Shown piece by piece: positions 40,144 to 49,926 of a stretch of DNA of 64,000 bases. Made by a program: the position numbers and the translations under genes. A model generated the notes under the pieces. It saw only the letters and a list, made by a program, of their open reading frames with translations. It had not been told where the DNA came from and ran no database searches. The stretch's first letter is position 1; the number at the start of each line of letters is the position of its first letter. The DNA lies in the NCBI GenBank assembly GCA_041485465.1, contig JBGPJO010000001.1, positions 29,017-93,016 on the forward strand. The letters run 5' to 3'. Source of the stretch: Minisyncoccia bacterium (GTDB taxonomy: Bacteria > Patescibacteriota > Minisyncoccia > Phycocordibacterales > JAKFXT01).

Positions 40144-40844
40144 CAAGAAAGATTCCTCAGTCCTTCAATTGCTGCTTTCATATTACCATTTTCAAAAATA
40201 TACGAACCGGAAACGAGACGATTTGCTCCCGCCCTGACAAGCTGTACCGCCCTCTCTTCATTCACCCCGCCGTCAACGCTTATCATAAGCTTCGGATAGT
40301 TGCGCCTCAATTCTCGTATCCTTCCGAGGGAGCGCTCGTCGAACGGCTCCCCCTGAAAACCGATCTTAGCAATACCCATCACCTGGACGAAATCAACAAG
40401 CGGGATGTGCTTCTCCCAGATTTCAAGAGGAGTGTCATTGTTTGCGGCAAGACCGATTTCCGGAGCGAGAGGGTCTTTATTCGGACGTCCATATTCCGCC
40501 CTTATTTCTTCTATAAGTTTCGGAAGCTCATTCGTGCTCTCGACGTGAAGAATTATTCTCTTTACTCCAATCTTAATCCAATCGAAGAGATCGGCATCCG
40601 AGGAGGAGGTCATGAGGTCGGCTTCGTAATCAATTTTTTCCCATTCGGGAAGTCCTTTATTTTCCGAAAGTAAGGCGGCAAAATCGGGATCATTATATGA
40701 AAAAAACGGCCAGGTCTTCTGTGGAACAAACTTGCCGTCCATAAGATCTATTTGAACGGAAGAAACGTAGGACGAAACGCCCGCCACTTTTTCTTCAAGA
40801 TCGCGGAAGTTTCGAGGCATAATCGCGGGAATTATCTCTATCAT
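40143..40844 (-). CDS. rpe: Ribulose-phosphate 3-epimerase
   Basis: QIDLMDGKFV, QVMGI..GFQG, SVDGGV, VSGSYIF; pentose phosphate context. Confidence 0.88.
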   Translation of the reverse strand: MIEIIPAIMPRNFRDLEEKVAGVSSYVSSVQIDLMDGKFVPQKTWPFFSYNDPDFAALLSENKGLPEWEKIDYEADLMTSSSDADLFDWIKIGVKRIILHVESTNELPKLIEEIRAEYGRPNKDPLAPEIGLAANNDTPLEIWEKHIPLVDFVQVMGIAKIGFQGEPFDERSLGRIRELRRNYPKLMISVDGGVNEERAVQLVRAGANRLVSGSYIFENGNMKAAIEGLRNLS

Positions 40845-40938
40845 TGATAAAGTATACCCCACGGGGGGAAGACGTGAGACTTACTGAGGCAAAATGCCCT
40901 GACTTCCACCTACAAGCAATTGATTTGATGCCGGTTCT

Positions 40939-41061
40939 TCACAAGGAGCTCCCGAAGAAGCTGCCCCCGAAAAAATATAAGACAGCGAGAGTGACAATAA
41001 CAATGGCGACAGAAGTTGCTACAGGGAGTGTTACGTAGCCTCGATAAAAATGGTGCTTCAT
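40939..41061 (-). CDS. Possible 40-aa single-TM peptide
   Basis: Manual translation MKHHFYRGYVTLPVATSVAIVIVTLAVLYFFGGSFFGSSL; below the ORF-track cutoff. Confidence 0.35.
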   Translation of the reverse strand: MKHHFYRGYVTLPVATSVAIVIVTLAVLYFFGGSFFGSSL

Positions 41062-41171
41062 GTTGTTCCCTAAAAGCATACCACCCCATCCCTAAGACTC
41101 AAATAGAAATGTGGATAAAACCTTTACAATTTTAAGGAAAAATCACGTATAATTCAAAGGTAAAGAGACTC

Positions 41172-43271
41172 ATGGCAATATTTCGAAAGAACTTTTTTCC
41201 TTTTGCCGCCCTTCTTCTTATAATTGGGTTTTTGGTGTATCTTGGAGCGTATTCCGATTTAAATCCTCATAAGTATGTCGAGGCTGGATTTTCGAATAAC
41301 CTCTCCGGCTATGCTTGGAGCGACAATATTGGCTGGATTAGTTTTAATTGCACTGATACAAACTCTTGTGGGACAGCGGATTATGGAGTAAATGTAGACC
41401 AGGCCACCGGTCTTCTTTCCGGTTACGCCTGGAGCGATAACGTCGGCTGGGTTACTTTCAATCAAAGTGATCTTGCGGGCTGTCCCGCCTCTCCCTGCAA
41501 AGCCCAACTTTCAAATGGAAATCTCTCTGGCTGGGCAAAAGTGATTGCCGCGGATGCAACGTCATCAATTCCTGTCCAAGCAACGACAACGGTTTTTTCT
41601 GTAGCCGGAACACAAACGTATGTCGTGCCCGTAGGTGTTTCTACTATCACGGTTAAATCGTGGGGTGCGGGAGGCGGTGGAGGAAAAAATTCCGGAGGCA
41701 GTAACGGGGGAAACGGTGGTGGAGGCGGATATACACAGGCTGACATTTCTGTCTCAGCCGGAGAATCTCTTACTGTTATTGTCGGAGGGGGTGGAGGAAT
41801 ACCGGGAAGTACGGCGGGTGGCGGGGGTGGTGGTTCGTCGGCGGTAAAGCGTGTTTCTAATTTTCTTATTCAAACGGGTGGCGGGGGTGGAGGAGGAGGG
41901 ACTTGCGGCTGTGAAAATGGAGGTGCGGGTGGAGCGGGCGGGGGAACAACCGGAGCGGGAGGAGTGAGTGCTTCAGGAAATGCCGGAGCGGGAGGAACAC
42001 AGTTTGCGGGAGGTGTGGGAGGTACTGGTCATTCCGGCCAAACAGACGGGGCGGCTGGGTTACTGAACGCAGGTGGGGGCGGTGGTAATGGATCAGGAAG
42101 CGGCACAGGAGGTGGAGGCGTGGCAGGAACACTAAACGGAGGGGCCGGAGGGAATGGAAGTTTTGATGCTGGCGGAGGTGGTGGAGGGGGAGGTTATTAC
42201 GGTGGAGGCGGAGGGGAAGACGGATTCTTGGGCGCAGGTGGAGGCGGAGGCGGATCAGGATTTGTCACAGGAGTGAACACTTCCCTTATCGTAGGTAGTG
42301 GAAAGACCCCAGCAAACAATGCCGATCCTGATTATGGCGGAACCGCCGGAGTAGGCGGCAACGGAGGTGGACCCGTGACAGCGGGAAACACGGGAAGAGT
42401 AGTAATAATCGTGAATGCTTCATCTCCGGGAAGCGGAGGCGCAGCCGGCGGATGGAATGGCTGGATAAGTTTGAAAGGTTCAAATGAAAGTTCAAGTTAT
42501 GGAGTTAGTCTTGCCGGCAACGCACTTCAGGGTTATGCCTGGGATGCATCCGATGTTACAGGGCAAGCCATCGGTATCGGCTGGATTAATTTCAACCCTA
42601 TTTCGTCCGGTGGCGGAGGCCTCCCACCCGCGGGAACCCCTGTTGGCGGTGTCTTCCTCTCTTCTTCAACTTCACCCTCTGTCACTTTAAGCGCCCAAGA
42701 CTCATTCGTTCCCCAAGGAGGATCAACGTTACTTTCTTGGACATCTCAAAACGTTACCTCCTGCTTGGCAAGTTTGGGAACAAGCGGATGGCCCGGAAGC
42801 AAAGCACTTTCAGGTTCTCAAGGCGTCGGCCCCATAAACGTCCAGACCCAGTACCAACTTGATTGTTCGGGGGTTTTCGGCTCAACAACAGCAAGCGTTA
42901 CTGTTGGTATAATTCCACCGGATTTTTCTCTTAATAAATCGAATGATCTTACGATTTCATTTACCGGTGGTAATCTGACTTCAAACCAGACAACAATCAC
43001 TGTCATTCCTCAAAATAGTTTTGCGGGAACAGTCGCCCTCTCGGCAGGCCCTGCAACCATAGGTGGAGTCCCGGTAAGCTATAATTTCTCAAATGGCTCC
43101 CTTACTTCTTCTCAATATGGAACCGGCGCAACCTTTCAAATCATCGCGAGCCAGGCGATTCCGAAAGGAACGTATGTCGTCACTGTCACCGGCACGAGTG
43201 GCGCTATATCCCACCAAATCAATATCAACTTAAATTCTTCAGGCGCAAATCCCATATTCCAGGAATTTTAA
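41172..43271 (+). CDS. Secreted glycine-rich surface protein with GYAWSDNIGW repeats and C-terminal Ig-like region
   Basis: Signal/TM; GYAWSDNIGWISF, GYAWSDNVGW, GYAWD...IGWINF; ~260-aa Gly-rich domain inserted between the repeats. Confidence 0.85.
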   Translation: MAIFRKNFFPFAALLLIIGFLVYLGAYSDLNPHKYVEAGFSNNLSGYAWSDNIGWISFNCTDTNSCGTADYGVNVDQATGLLSGYAWSDNVGWVTFNQSDLAGCPASPCKAQLSNGNLSGWAKVIAADATSSIPVQATTTVFSVAGTQTYVVPVGVSTITVKSWGAGGGGGKNSGGSNGGNGGGGGYTQADISVSAGESLTVIVGGGGGIPGSTAGGGGGGSSAVKRVSNFLIQTGGGGGGGGTCGCENGGAGGAGGGTTGAGGVSASGNAGAGGTQFAGGVGGTGHSGQTDGAAGLLNAGGGGGNGSGSGTGGGGVAGTLNGGAGGNGSFDAGGGGGGGGYYGGGGGEDGFLGAGGGGGGSGFVTGVNTSLIVGSGKTPANNADPDYGGTAGVGGNGGGPVTAGNTGRVVIIVNASSPGSGGAAGGWNGWISLKGSNESSSYGVSLAGNALQGYAWDASDVTGQAIGIGWINFNPISSGGGGLPPAGTPVGGVFLSSSTSPSVTLSAQDSFVPQGGSTLLSWTSQNVTSCLASLGTSGWPGSKALSGSQGVGPINVQTQYQLDCSGVFGSTTASVTVGIIPPDFSLNKSNDLTISFTGGNLTSNQTTITVIPQNSFAGTVALSAGPATIGGVPVSYNFSNGSLTSSQYGTGATFQIIASQAIPKGTYVVTVTGTSGAISHQININLNSSGANPIFQEF

Positions 43272-43279
43272 TTACTTTC

Positions 43280-44164
43280 ATGACTTCTTCATCTTTATCG
43301 AGCGCATTTAAAAAAATAAAACCGATTCTTGTCGGCCTTGTTATCGTCATCGGCATTTCTTACGCTCAAGCCGCATGGGTGGGGCCTACGGCAACACCTC
43401 CCGGAGGAAATACTGCCGCGCCGATCAATGTCGGCAGCCTCTTTCAGCAGAAAACCGGTGACTTGTGGGCTAAGAGCATGGGAACAGATAACGGTTACTG
43501 CATCGGAACAAGTTGTATTACGGCGTGGCCTTCAGGAGGAGGGCTAGGGCTTAAGAGCGTTCAAATTTTTACCTCTAATGGGACATGGACCAAGCCTGCC
43601 GGGATTACTAAAATTCAAATGATTGTTGTGGGCGGTGGAGGTGGTGGTGGCACTGTCGGCGCCGCCTCTACCGCTGAAGGCGGTGGAGGCGGGGGTGGGG
43701 GTGGCACATGCATGAAATTGATAAATGTATCAGGAATTACCAGTGTGCCCGTCACAGTTGGCGGTGGAGGCGCTGCTGCTCCTGTTCCCGGAACTCAAGG
43801 AAATGGCACGGCTGGTGGAACAAGCAGTTTCGGAACATATTGTTCCGCAACGGGCGGTGGGGGTGGTATCGGTGGGGGTGGTAATTCTCCTGGCGGTCTT
43901 GGTGGCATCGCCTCCGGCGGCGATCTGAATATTGGCGGGAATGATAGCGACTATGGTATTTATGAAGGTGTTGCTGGACACGGCTACGGTGGTCATGGTG
44001 GCGCTTCGGTCTATGGTGGCGGTGGCTATGGCGGTATAGGTAACGGCACAAGTGTTGCTCAACCGGGTCGCCCTTATGGAGGTGGAGGAGGCGGAGGCAA
44101 TGGTTCCGCCGGTGGGGCAAGAGGTGCAGCTGGCGTTGTCTTTGTCTGGGAGTATGGTAACTAG
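43280..44164 (+). CDS. Secreted protein, constant N-terminus + Gly-rich tail-fibre-like C-terminus (paralog 1)
   Basis: AAWVGPTATPPGGNTAAPINVG...CIGTSCITAWP then FTSNGTWTKPAG...VVGGGGGGG...GVVFVWEY. Confidence 0.85.
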   Translation: MTSSSLSSAFKKIKPILVGLVIVIGISYAQAAWVGPTATPPGGNTAAPINVGSLFQQKTGDLWAKSMGTDNGYCIGTSCITAWPSGGGLGLKSVQIFTSNGTWTKPAGITKIQMIVVGGGGGGGTVGAASTAEGGGGGGGGGTCMKLINVSGITSVPVTVGGGGAAAPVPGTQGNGTAGGTSSFGTYCSATGGGGGIGGGGNSPGGLGGIASGGDLNIGGNDSDYGIYEGVAGHGYGGHGGASVYGGGGYGGIGNGTSVAQPGRPYGGGGGGGNGSAGGARGAAGVVFVWEYGN

Positions 44165-44214
44165 CTAACTTAAATAAAATTCGTTAGCTTAAAAAATTAT
44201 TTAACTTAATTATT

Positions 44215-44877
44215 ATGATGCAAAAACCTCTCAACACTATAAAAGTCCTCTTTCTCGGGCTTCTCCTCGCCCTTGGCATCTCATATGTTCAAGCCACATG
44301 GGTTGGTCCTACAGCAACGCCGCCGGGAAACAACACAACCGCACCAGTGAATATCGGCAGTCTCTTCCAGCAAAAGACGGGAGATTTCTGGGCAAAGAGT
44401 GTGGGCTCTGATAATGGATTTTGTATCGGTATTTCATGCATCACCGGCTGGCCGCAGAGCTGTCCTGCCGGGCAAGCAATTAGTGCGATTAGTACAACGG
44501 GAGCGGTCACCTGTGTGAGTGCGGGTGGAGGAGGTGGAGGAGGCCTTGCGACGAGCAGTCTTCCTATGGCAAAGGCGTGGGGGTATGTGAAAATAACCTC
44601 AGGGGTCCCGACACTCCAAAGTCCGTCATTTAATGTGGCAAGCATAGCGGATACTGCCGTCGGGAAGCTTACGGTAAATCTAATAACTCCCTTTTCTTCA
44701 GCAAATTATGTGGTAGTTGCTAATGCCTGGAGGGTAAACGGCGTATATATGAACCCCACGATCTTGAGTGCATCCTCATTTACGATTTATAGTTTTATAA
44801 CCGGGAGCAATAATGCAAGCGTAGGCAATACACTTGTTGATCCTGATTTTTATTTTTTCGTAGTTTTTGGGCAATAA
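44215..44877 (+). CDS. Secreted protein, constant N-terminus + beta-rich tail-fibre-like C-terminus (paralog 2)
   Basis: Same N-terminus; C-terminus AKAWGYV...SFNVASIADTAVGKLTVNLITPFSSANYVVVA. Confidence 0.85.
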   Translation: MMQKPLNTIKVLFLGLLLALGISYVQATWVGPTATPPGNNTTAPVNIGSLFQQKTGDFWAKSVGSDNGFCIGISCITGWPQSCPAGQAISAISTTGAVTCVSAGGGGGGGLATSSLPMAKAWGYVKITSGVPTLQSPSFNVASIADTAVGKLTVNLITPFSSANYVVVANAWRVNGVYMNPTILSASSFTIYSFITGSNNASVGNTLVDPDFYFFVVFGQ

Positions 44878-45038
44878 TCAAAGATGAAGAATTATCTCAA
44901 TACACTAAAAATTCTCACTCTTGGACTTCTCCTCGCCCTTGGCATCTCATATGTTCAAGCCGCATGGGTTGGTCCTACAGCAACGCCGCCGGGAAACAAC
45001 ACAACCGCACCAGTGAATATCGGCAGTCTCTTCCAGCA
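44260..45038 (+). repeat. 113-bp direct repeat (44260-44372 and 44926-45038), one mismatch
   Basis: CTTCTCCTCGCCCTTGGC...CTCTTCCAGCA is identical in both copies except GCCACA/GCCGCA; a more diverged copy lies in the 43280 gene. Confidence 0.92.
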
Positions 45039-45666
45039 GAAGAGTGGTGACTTGTGGGCACGGTCAATGGGAACCGACAACGGATTTTGTATTGGAAAAA
45101 GTTGTGTGACCGGCTGGCCCCAGAGCTGTCCTTCCGGGCAAGCGATTAACGAAATTAGCACCAATGGAGCGGTTACATGTGTTGCAGCAAGCGGAGGGAC
45201 GGGGGGATCGCTTGCCGGAAAATCCTGCCCTTCAGGTCAATACGTGAGTGGAGTGGACGCAGTCGGTAATCTTATCTGCGGAACTCCATTGGGCGGAGGA
45301 AGTACTAACGTTACATTGGTTAATGGCGCGCACACAGGAGTGGATTGTGTGGCAATCGGCGGCAGTGTCTCAACTATCGGCACTAATACATCTGTCTGTC
45401 GCGCTAGTGGGGCGTTATGTCCTTCAGGTTGGACAAAGTACCAAAACTGGTCCACCGGATCTTCGAACACGTGTAACGGGAATATTTGCACGACGAGCCC
45501 GGGCCCGCAGGGCACCTCTTGCACGGTATCTGGTTGGGCATGGGCAAACCAGACACCTTTAAGTTGTACCTATCATAGATATGCTGATAGCGGCTTAGGA
45601 GGTTGTGTCATTCTCAGTCAAAATCAAACATGCGTCGGACCTACCATAGAAGTCGGCTGTTACTAA
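44884..45666 (+). CDS. Secreted protein, constant N-terminus + Cys-rich C-terminus (paralog 3)
   Basis: Same N-terminus; SCPSGQ repeats, CPSGWTKYQNWS, many Cys. Confidence 0.85.
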   Translation: MKNYLNTLKILTLGLLLALGISYVQAAWVGPTATPPGNNTTAPVNIGSLFQQKSGDLWARSMGTDNGFCIGKSCVTGWPQSCPSGQAINEISTNGAVTCVAASGGTGGSLAGKSCPSGQYVSGVDAVGNLICGTPLGGGSTNVTLVNGAHTGVDCVAIGGSVSTIGTNTSVCRASGALCPSGWTKYQNWSTGSSNTCNGNICTTSPGPQGTSCTVSGWAWANQTPLSCTYHRYADSGLGGCVILSQNQTCVGPTIEVGCY

Positions 45667-45685
45667 AATTGTTCTTGGAAATTCA

Positions 45686-45713
45686 AAAAACGCGCCCGAG
45701 GGGGCGCGTTTTT
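45686..45713 (+). terminator. Intrinsic terminator
   Basis: AAAAACGCGCCC-GAGG-GGGCGCGTTTTT. Confidence 0.8.
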
Positions 45714-45734
45714 GTTATAATCCCCTTCAATACT

Positions 45735-46439
45735 ATGAATCCTATTCCCTATCCCCTAAGGATAAATCGCTACTTAGCGCTCAAGGGCGTCGTCACCCGT
45801 CGCGATGCTGATATTCTTATCGCCCAAGGAAAAATAAAAATTAACGGTCATACTGCAAAGCTCGGCGATATAATTAAAGAGAATGACAGAGTCACGGTTG
45901 AACAAAAACCGAATAAAAAGTATTCCTACGTCGCTTATTACAAGCCCCGGAACGTAATCACCCATTCCCCACAACCAGGCGAGAGAGATATTCAGGGAAT
46001 GCTCAAGACGAAATCGCTTTTCCCTATTGGTAGGCTCGACAAAGATTCCGAAGGTCTCGTCATCTTGACTAACGACGGCAGAGTAACTGACAGGCTTCTC
46101 AACCCGAAATATGAACACGAGAAGGAATACGAGGTAGAAACAGACAGGCCACTTAAACCTAATTTTAAAGAACGCATGGAGGGCGGTGTCGTAATTGAAG
46201 GATACAAAACCAAACCGGCAATTGTGGGAACTCTTGGTCCAAAGAGGTTCAGAATCGTTCTTACCGAAGGTAAAAAACACCAGATCAGGAGAATGTCTGC
46301 GGCACTTGGCTATCAGGTGAAAAATCTAAAGAGACTGCGGATTATGAATATCAAGCTTCAAGAATTAAAACAAAACGAGTCACGGATTATTCAAAAAGAA
46401 GAACTTGAAGAGTTTCTTAGAAACCTCGGACTTTCTTAA
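45735..46439 (+). CDS. rRNA pseudouridine synthase (RsuA/RluB/RluF family)
   Basis: S4 domain, IGRLDKDSEGL, HEKEYEV, LTEGKKHQIRRM. Confidence 0.95.
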   Translation: MNPIPYPLRINRYLALKGVVTRRDADILIAQGKIKINGHTAKLGDIIKENDRVTVEQKPNKKYSYVAYYKPRNVITHSPQPGERDIQGMLKTKSLFPIGRLDKDSEGLVILTNDGRVTDRLLNPKYEHEKEYEVETDRPLKPNFKERMEGGVVIEGYKTKPAIVGTLGPKRFRIVLTEGKKHQIRRMSAALGYQVKNLKRLRIMNIKLQELKQNESRIIQKEELEEFLRNLGLS

Positions 46440-47209
46440 TTTCTGAGTCCGGCCCCCCTCCTGAAAAGATACAGTAAGAGTAAGAGAAAGATGACAATAA
46501 GGCTAAGAAGAATAAAGAAACTCATTAAAACACTGACGTCGGAAATGCCCAAAAAACCGAAACGGAAACCGTTTACCATATACAGTATCGGATTGAATTT
46601 CGAAACATTCTGCCAAAGCGGCGGCAAAAGCAAGATTGAATAGAAAACCCCGCCAAGATAGGTAAGCGGGGTCAGCACAAATGTCGGGACAATTGCGATT
46701 TGATCGAAATTCTTCGCATACAAAGCGTTTAAAAGCCCCACCATGGAAAAAAGTACTGCTGTCAGAATTCCAAAGGCAAGGATAATCGGAATGCTGTGAA
46801 TTGAAAGGTGGGCAAAAAGAAGCGAAACAAAAAGAACCGCGGTACCGACAACAAGCCCCCGGATAAGGCCCGCCGTTACGTATCCGGCGATGACGACATA
46901 GTTCGGGGTCGGTGAAACAAGAATTTCCTCGATACTTTTGGTGAATTTCGCGAAATAAAAACCGGAAACAACCTGCTGAAAAGCGTTGGTAAGAACCGCC
47001 ATCATCACGAGTCCCGGAACGATAAATTGCATATATGAAAATCCGCCAATACCCCTCACTTGAGAACCGACGAAGGTTCCAAAAATAAGGAAGTAGAGAC
47101 TTGTTGTTATGGCCGAAGGTAAAATTGTCTGCGACCAAAGCCTGAAAAGCCGCGAGGTCTCTTTGCGAATGATGGTCATATATGAAATGAAAGCGCGTTT
47201 TGGTTCCAT
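46436..47209 (-). CDS. ABC-2 transporter permease (YadH-like)
   Basis: YMQFIVPGLVMM, IEEILVSP, PLTYLGGVFY, NPILYMVNGFR. Confidence 0.92.
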   Translation of the reverse strand: MEPKRAFISYMTIIRKETSRLFRLWSQTILPSAITTSLYFLIFGTFVGSQVRGIGGFSYMQFIVPGLVMMAVLTNAFQQVVSGFYFAKFTKSIEEILVSPTPNYVVIAGYVTAGLIRGLVVGTAVLFVSLLFAHLSIHSIPIILAFGILTAVLFSMVGLLNALYAKNFDQIAIVPTFVLTPLTYLGGVFYSILLLPPLWQNVSKFNPILYMVNGFRFGFLGISDVSVLMSFFILLSLIVIFLLLLLYLFRRGAGLRN

Positions 47210-47210
47210 G

Positions 47211-48131
47211 TTATTTTTTTGTTATGCCAAGGAATAACTCCTCAAGACGATTTGATTTATTCCGCATGCTTTTTACCTCAATCCCTCTCTGATTTAAAGC
47301 GATAATCGCCTGGCTGAGGTTCTGCTCCTTGCTTAGGCTGACCTCAAGCGTATTTTGCTCGGTTTTGACGGGGTTAAAGCTCTTGAGCGCGACAAGATCT
47401 CCTTCCGACAGATTACGCTCAAGATCAAGAACAAATGTCTCCATATGAAGCTTTAAGAGGAGCTCTTTGAGCGTGCCCTTTTCCGCAATTACTCCATTAT
47501 TGATAATCGCTATATTACGCGCGAGTTGTTCGGCTTCTTCAAGATAGTGGGTGGTAAGGACAATTGTTCGCCCCTCACTCGTAAGACCCCTCAAAAAATC
47601 CCACATGCCGCGGCGCAGTTCAATATCAACCCCCGCCGTCGGCTCATCAAGTATCAAAATCTTCGGTTCATGCACAAGTGCCCGGGCAATCATCAGACGG
47701 CGTTTCATGCCGCCGGAGAGTGTCCGTGATTGATCTTTTCTTTTATCATATAGACCGAGCGTTCGAAGATACTTTTCAACCGAAGAGGCAACCACCGTGC
47801 GCGAAAGTCCATAATAGCCCGCTTGATCAAAAACAATATCCTCAACCTTCTCAAAAATTCCAAAATTGAATTCCTGGGGAACAACACCTATATAGGATTT
47901 TGCTTTCTCGGGGTCACGATCTATATTTTTACCGAAAACCTCGACTTTTCCGTCCGTCTTATTTGTGAGCCCCGAGACAATACTTATAAGCGTCGTCTTT
48001 CCAGCGCCATTAGGCCCAAGAAGGGCAAAAAAATCTCCCCGAGGGATTTCAAGATCAACCCCCGAAAGAGCAACGGTGCCGTTACTGTAAACCTTTTTTA
48101 GATCCGTTATGGAGATTGCTCGTTCATTCAT
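47211..48131 (-). CDS. ABC transporter ATP-binding protein (YadG-like)
   Basis: GPNGAGKTT, LSGGMKRR, ILDEPTAGVD; start MNERAI at 48131. Confidence 0.94.
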   Translation of the reverse strand: MNERAISITDLKKVYSNGTVALSGVDLEIPRGDFFALLGPNGAGKTTLISIVSGLTNKTDGKVEVFGKNIDRDPEKAKSYIGVVPQEFNFGIFEKVEDIVFDQAGYYGLSRTVVASSVEKYLRTLGLYDKRKDQSRTLSGGMKRRLMIARALVHEPKILILDEPTAGVDIELRRGMWDFLRGLTSEGRTIVLTTHYLEEAEQLARNIAIINNGVIAEKGTLKELLLKLHMETFVLDLERNLSEGDLVALKSFNPVKTEQNTLEVSLSKEQNLSQAIIALNQRGIEVKSMRNKSNRLEELFLGITKK

Positions 48132-48657
48132 TGCTACTTTTTTCGTCTTTAAGAGAAAGCTCCCCGAGATAATCCCCTTTTTCAAGGGCAATACCATTAT
48201 GCCTAAGAATTGCATAGGCGGTTGTCACGTGGAAAAAGAAATTTGGCAACGCCACTTCGGAAATATACTCAAGGCCAATGAGGTATTTCCCGGGTGCAAA
48301 ATAAATTGGGATCTCTTTATCCTCGGTCCCTTCGATCTGTTCCGGCTTTATAGTTTTGAGGAATTCGATCGTCTTTTGAATCCGATCTCTCAGTTCCCCC
48401 GCGGTTTTTTCAATATCCTCCATCTTCGGAACTTCAACTCCCGCAAGTCTGCCCACCGTACCTTTCGCATTATCGCAAGCAACCTGCACCTGCTTTGTGA
48501 AATTAAACTGATTGGGATAGAGCCGATCATTTAAGAGATGTTCGATATCGAACTTCTTCTCCATCGCTTCTTTTTCGGCTTTTTCAAGAATATTCTTAAT
48601 ACTTGAAAGAGACCTGCTAAAGATCGGGATGGTCATGTTATACATTGATATTTTCAT
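48124..48657 (-). CDS. DUF1993 family protein
   Basis: RLYPNQF..QVQVACDNAK, LPNFFFHVTTAYAILRHNG...KGDYLG. Confidence 0.88.
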   Translation of the reverse strand: MKISMYNMTIPIFSRSLSSIKNILEKAEKEAMEKKFDIEHLLNDRLYPNQFNFTKQVQVACDNAKGTVGRLAGVEVPKMEDIEKTAGELRDRIQKTIEFLKTIKPEQIEGTEDKEIPIYFAPGKYLIGLEYISEVALPNFFFHVTTAYAILRHNGIALEKGDYLGELSLKDEKSSNE

Positions 48658-48744
48658 ACTAAAGCACTATACGGATTTTTTGAAAAAATCCAAGAGTTCA
48701 CCAAAGACATACTGTGATGGTGGGGACTTTAAGACTAGGGATTT

Positions 48745-48936
48745 CTATTCGGAAGAATCGGAGGTTTTTGGTTTTGGTTCACGTCGCGGAGGTCTTGTCT
48801 TGGGACGACTTCGGGGAATCTTTTTTACCGGTTTTATACCTAAATTACGCACCTTCCCCTCAAGACGAGTTCCCTGAAAAAGATAATTTCCTTTCAGCAA
48901 TTTATCTTTCGAAATGGGGATCCTTCTCTTTTTCAT
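48745..48936 (-). CDS. Small basic hypothetical protein
   Basis: 63-aa Lys/Arg/Pro-rich ORF in line with its neighbours. Confidence 0.45.
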   Translation of the reverse strand: MKKRRIPISKDKLLKGNYLFQGTRLEGKVRNLGIKPVKKIPRSRPKTRPPRREPKPKTSDSSE

Positions 48937-48950
48937 ATTTTTAATTTATT

Positions 48951-49526
48951 TTATAAAAACCAGAAACGTTTGAGAAAAACCCCAAAAAGGACGCTGAGAA
49001 ACACGGCACCGAAGGTGCAAAGAAACGCGAGTCCAACCATAAAAGTCAAATTACCTTCACGGATTTCAACTTCTCGAAGTGATCGTCCAACAAGCACGAA
49101 CCCTTCCTTATTTTGATTTTTATAGTGAGTCACCACCGTCGCAATTCGCACTGACGCTTCAGGCTGCCATGTTAGTTGATTCTCTCCATACTCTCGCGTG
49201 ACTTCAAAAACGCCCGACGGAGGGATGGGGTATGATCCATGAAGTTTTCCGCTTCCCTGAATAGGCCCGCCTGCTCCATCATAGAAAACAACGAACGGCG
49301 CGAGACTCTCGCTGACATCGACAGTTTTTCCTAAAGTAAATGATTCGAGACTCTCTCCTGAAGAGAGAGCAATGGCATAATTTTCGGCGAGCTCAATCTG
49401 TGGATCGTTTGCTCCCGTTCTGAAATTCTGTTGAACCGTCACATATATAGTGAGGAAGACAGCGGTAATGACTATAGCAAACGGTAAAAAATCGATGAAA
49501 AGGACAGCGGCGAATTTTAATTTCAT
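48951..49526 (-). CDS. Two-TM protein with extracytoplasmic Cache-like domain
   Basis: TM-domain-TM layout; PFVVFYD...GFVLVGRSLREVE resembles sensor input domains. Confidence 0.7.
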   Translation of the reverse strand: MKLKFAAVLFIDFLPFAIVITAVFLTIYVTVQQNFRTGANDPQIELAENYAIALSSGESLESFTLGKTVDVSESLAPFVVFYDGAGGPIQGSGKLHGSYPIPPSGVFEVTREYGENQLTWQPEASVRIATVVTHYKNQNKEGFVLVGRSLREVEIREGNLTFMVGLAFLCTFGAVFLSVLFGVFLKRFWFL

Positions 49527-49571
49527 ATGCCCTTTAAACATCACCCTGCCGCGGTAAGGTTACCGACTAAC

Positions 49572-49838
49572 TTATTGTTGGTGTACCTTGTTCCAGATCG
49601 TGGCAACTACAAATCCGACGACATATCCTATTGCGCCCGTAATGACGATCAGCATGAGAGCCGTTACTGTGTCAAAAGACCCGACCGTGTATGCGGGCAT
49701 GATGAAATGAAGCGAGAATGCGAAATTAATAAGCGGTTGCGCCCATCCGAAGGCGACAAAAATCGACCATAGAAGGTGCCATGCACCTAAAAAAACTCCG
49801 AGGACCATCCCGACCTTATTAGGATTTACCTGTGCCAT
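49572..49838 (-). CDS. Small membrane protein
   Basis: Two hydrophobic helices, 88 aa. Confidence 0.75.
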   Translation of the reverse strand: MAQVNPNKVGMVLGVFLGAWHLLWSIFVAFGWAQPLINFAFSLHFIMPAYTVGSFDTVTALMLIVITGAIGYVVGFVVATIWNKVHQQ

Positions 49839-49926
49839 ATAAAAATGACTAAATTAGTAATGACTACAGTATACCGCAAAGGGATGATGAAGCGCGAATC
49901 GTTTATTTTTTACTGGCACGTTAATA

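Noticed and set aside
41172-45666. Prophage tail region or DGR target
   Set aside because: The proteins have signal peptides, and no capsid, terminase, integrase or reverse transcriptase is present. The 113-bp repeat is in N-terminal coding sequence with a single difference, unlike a TR/VR pair.
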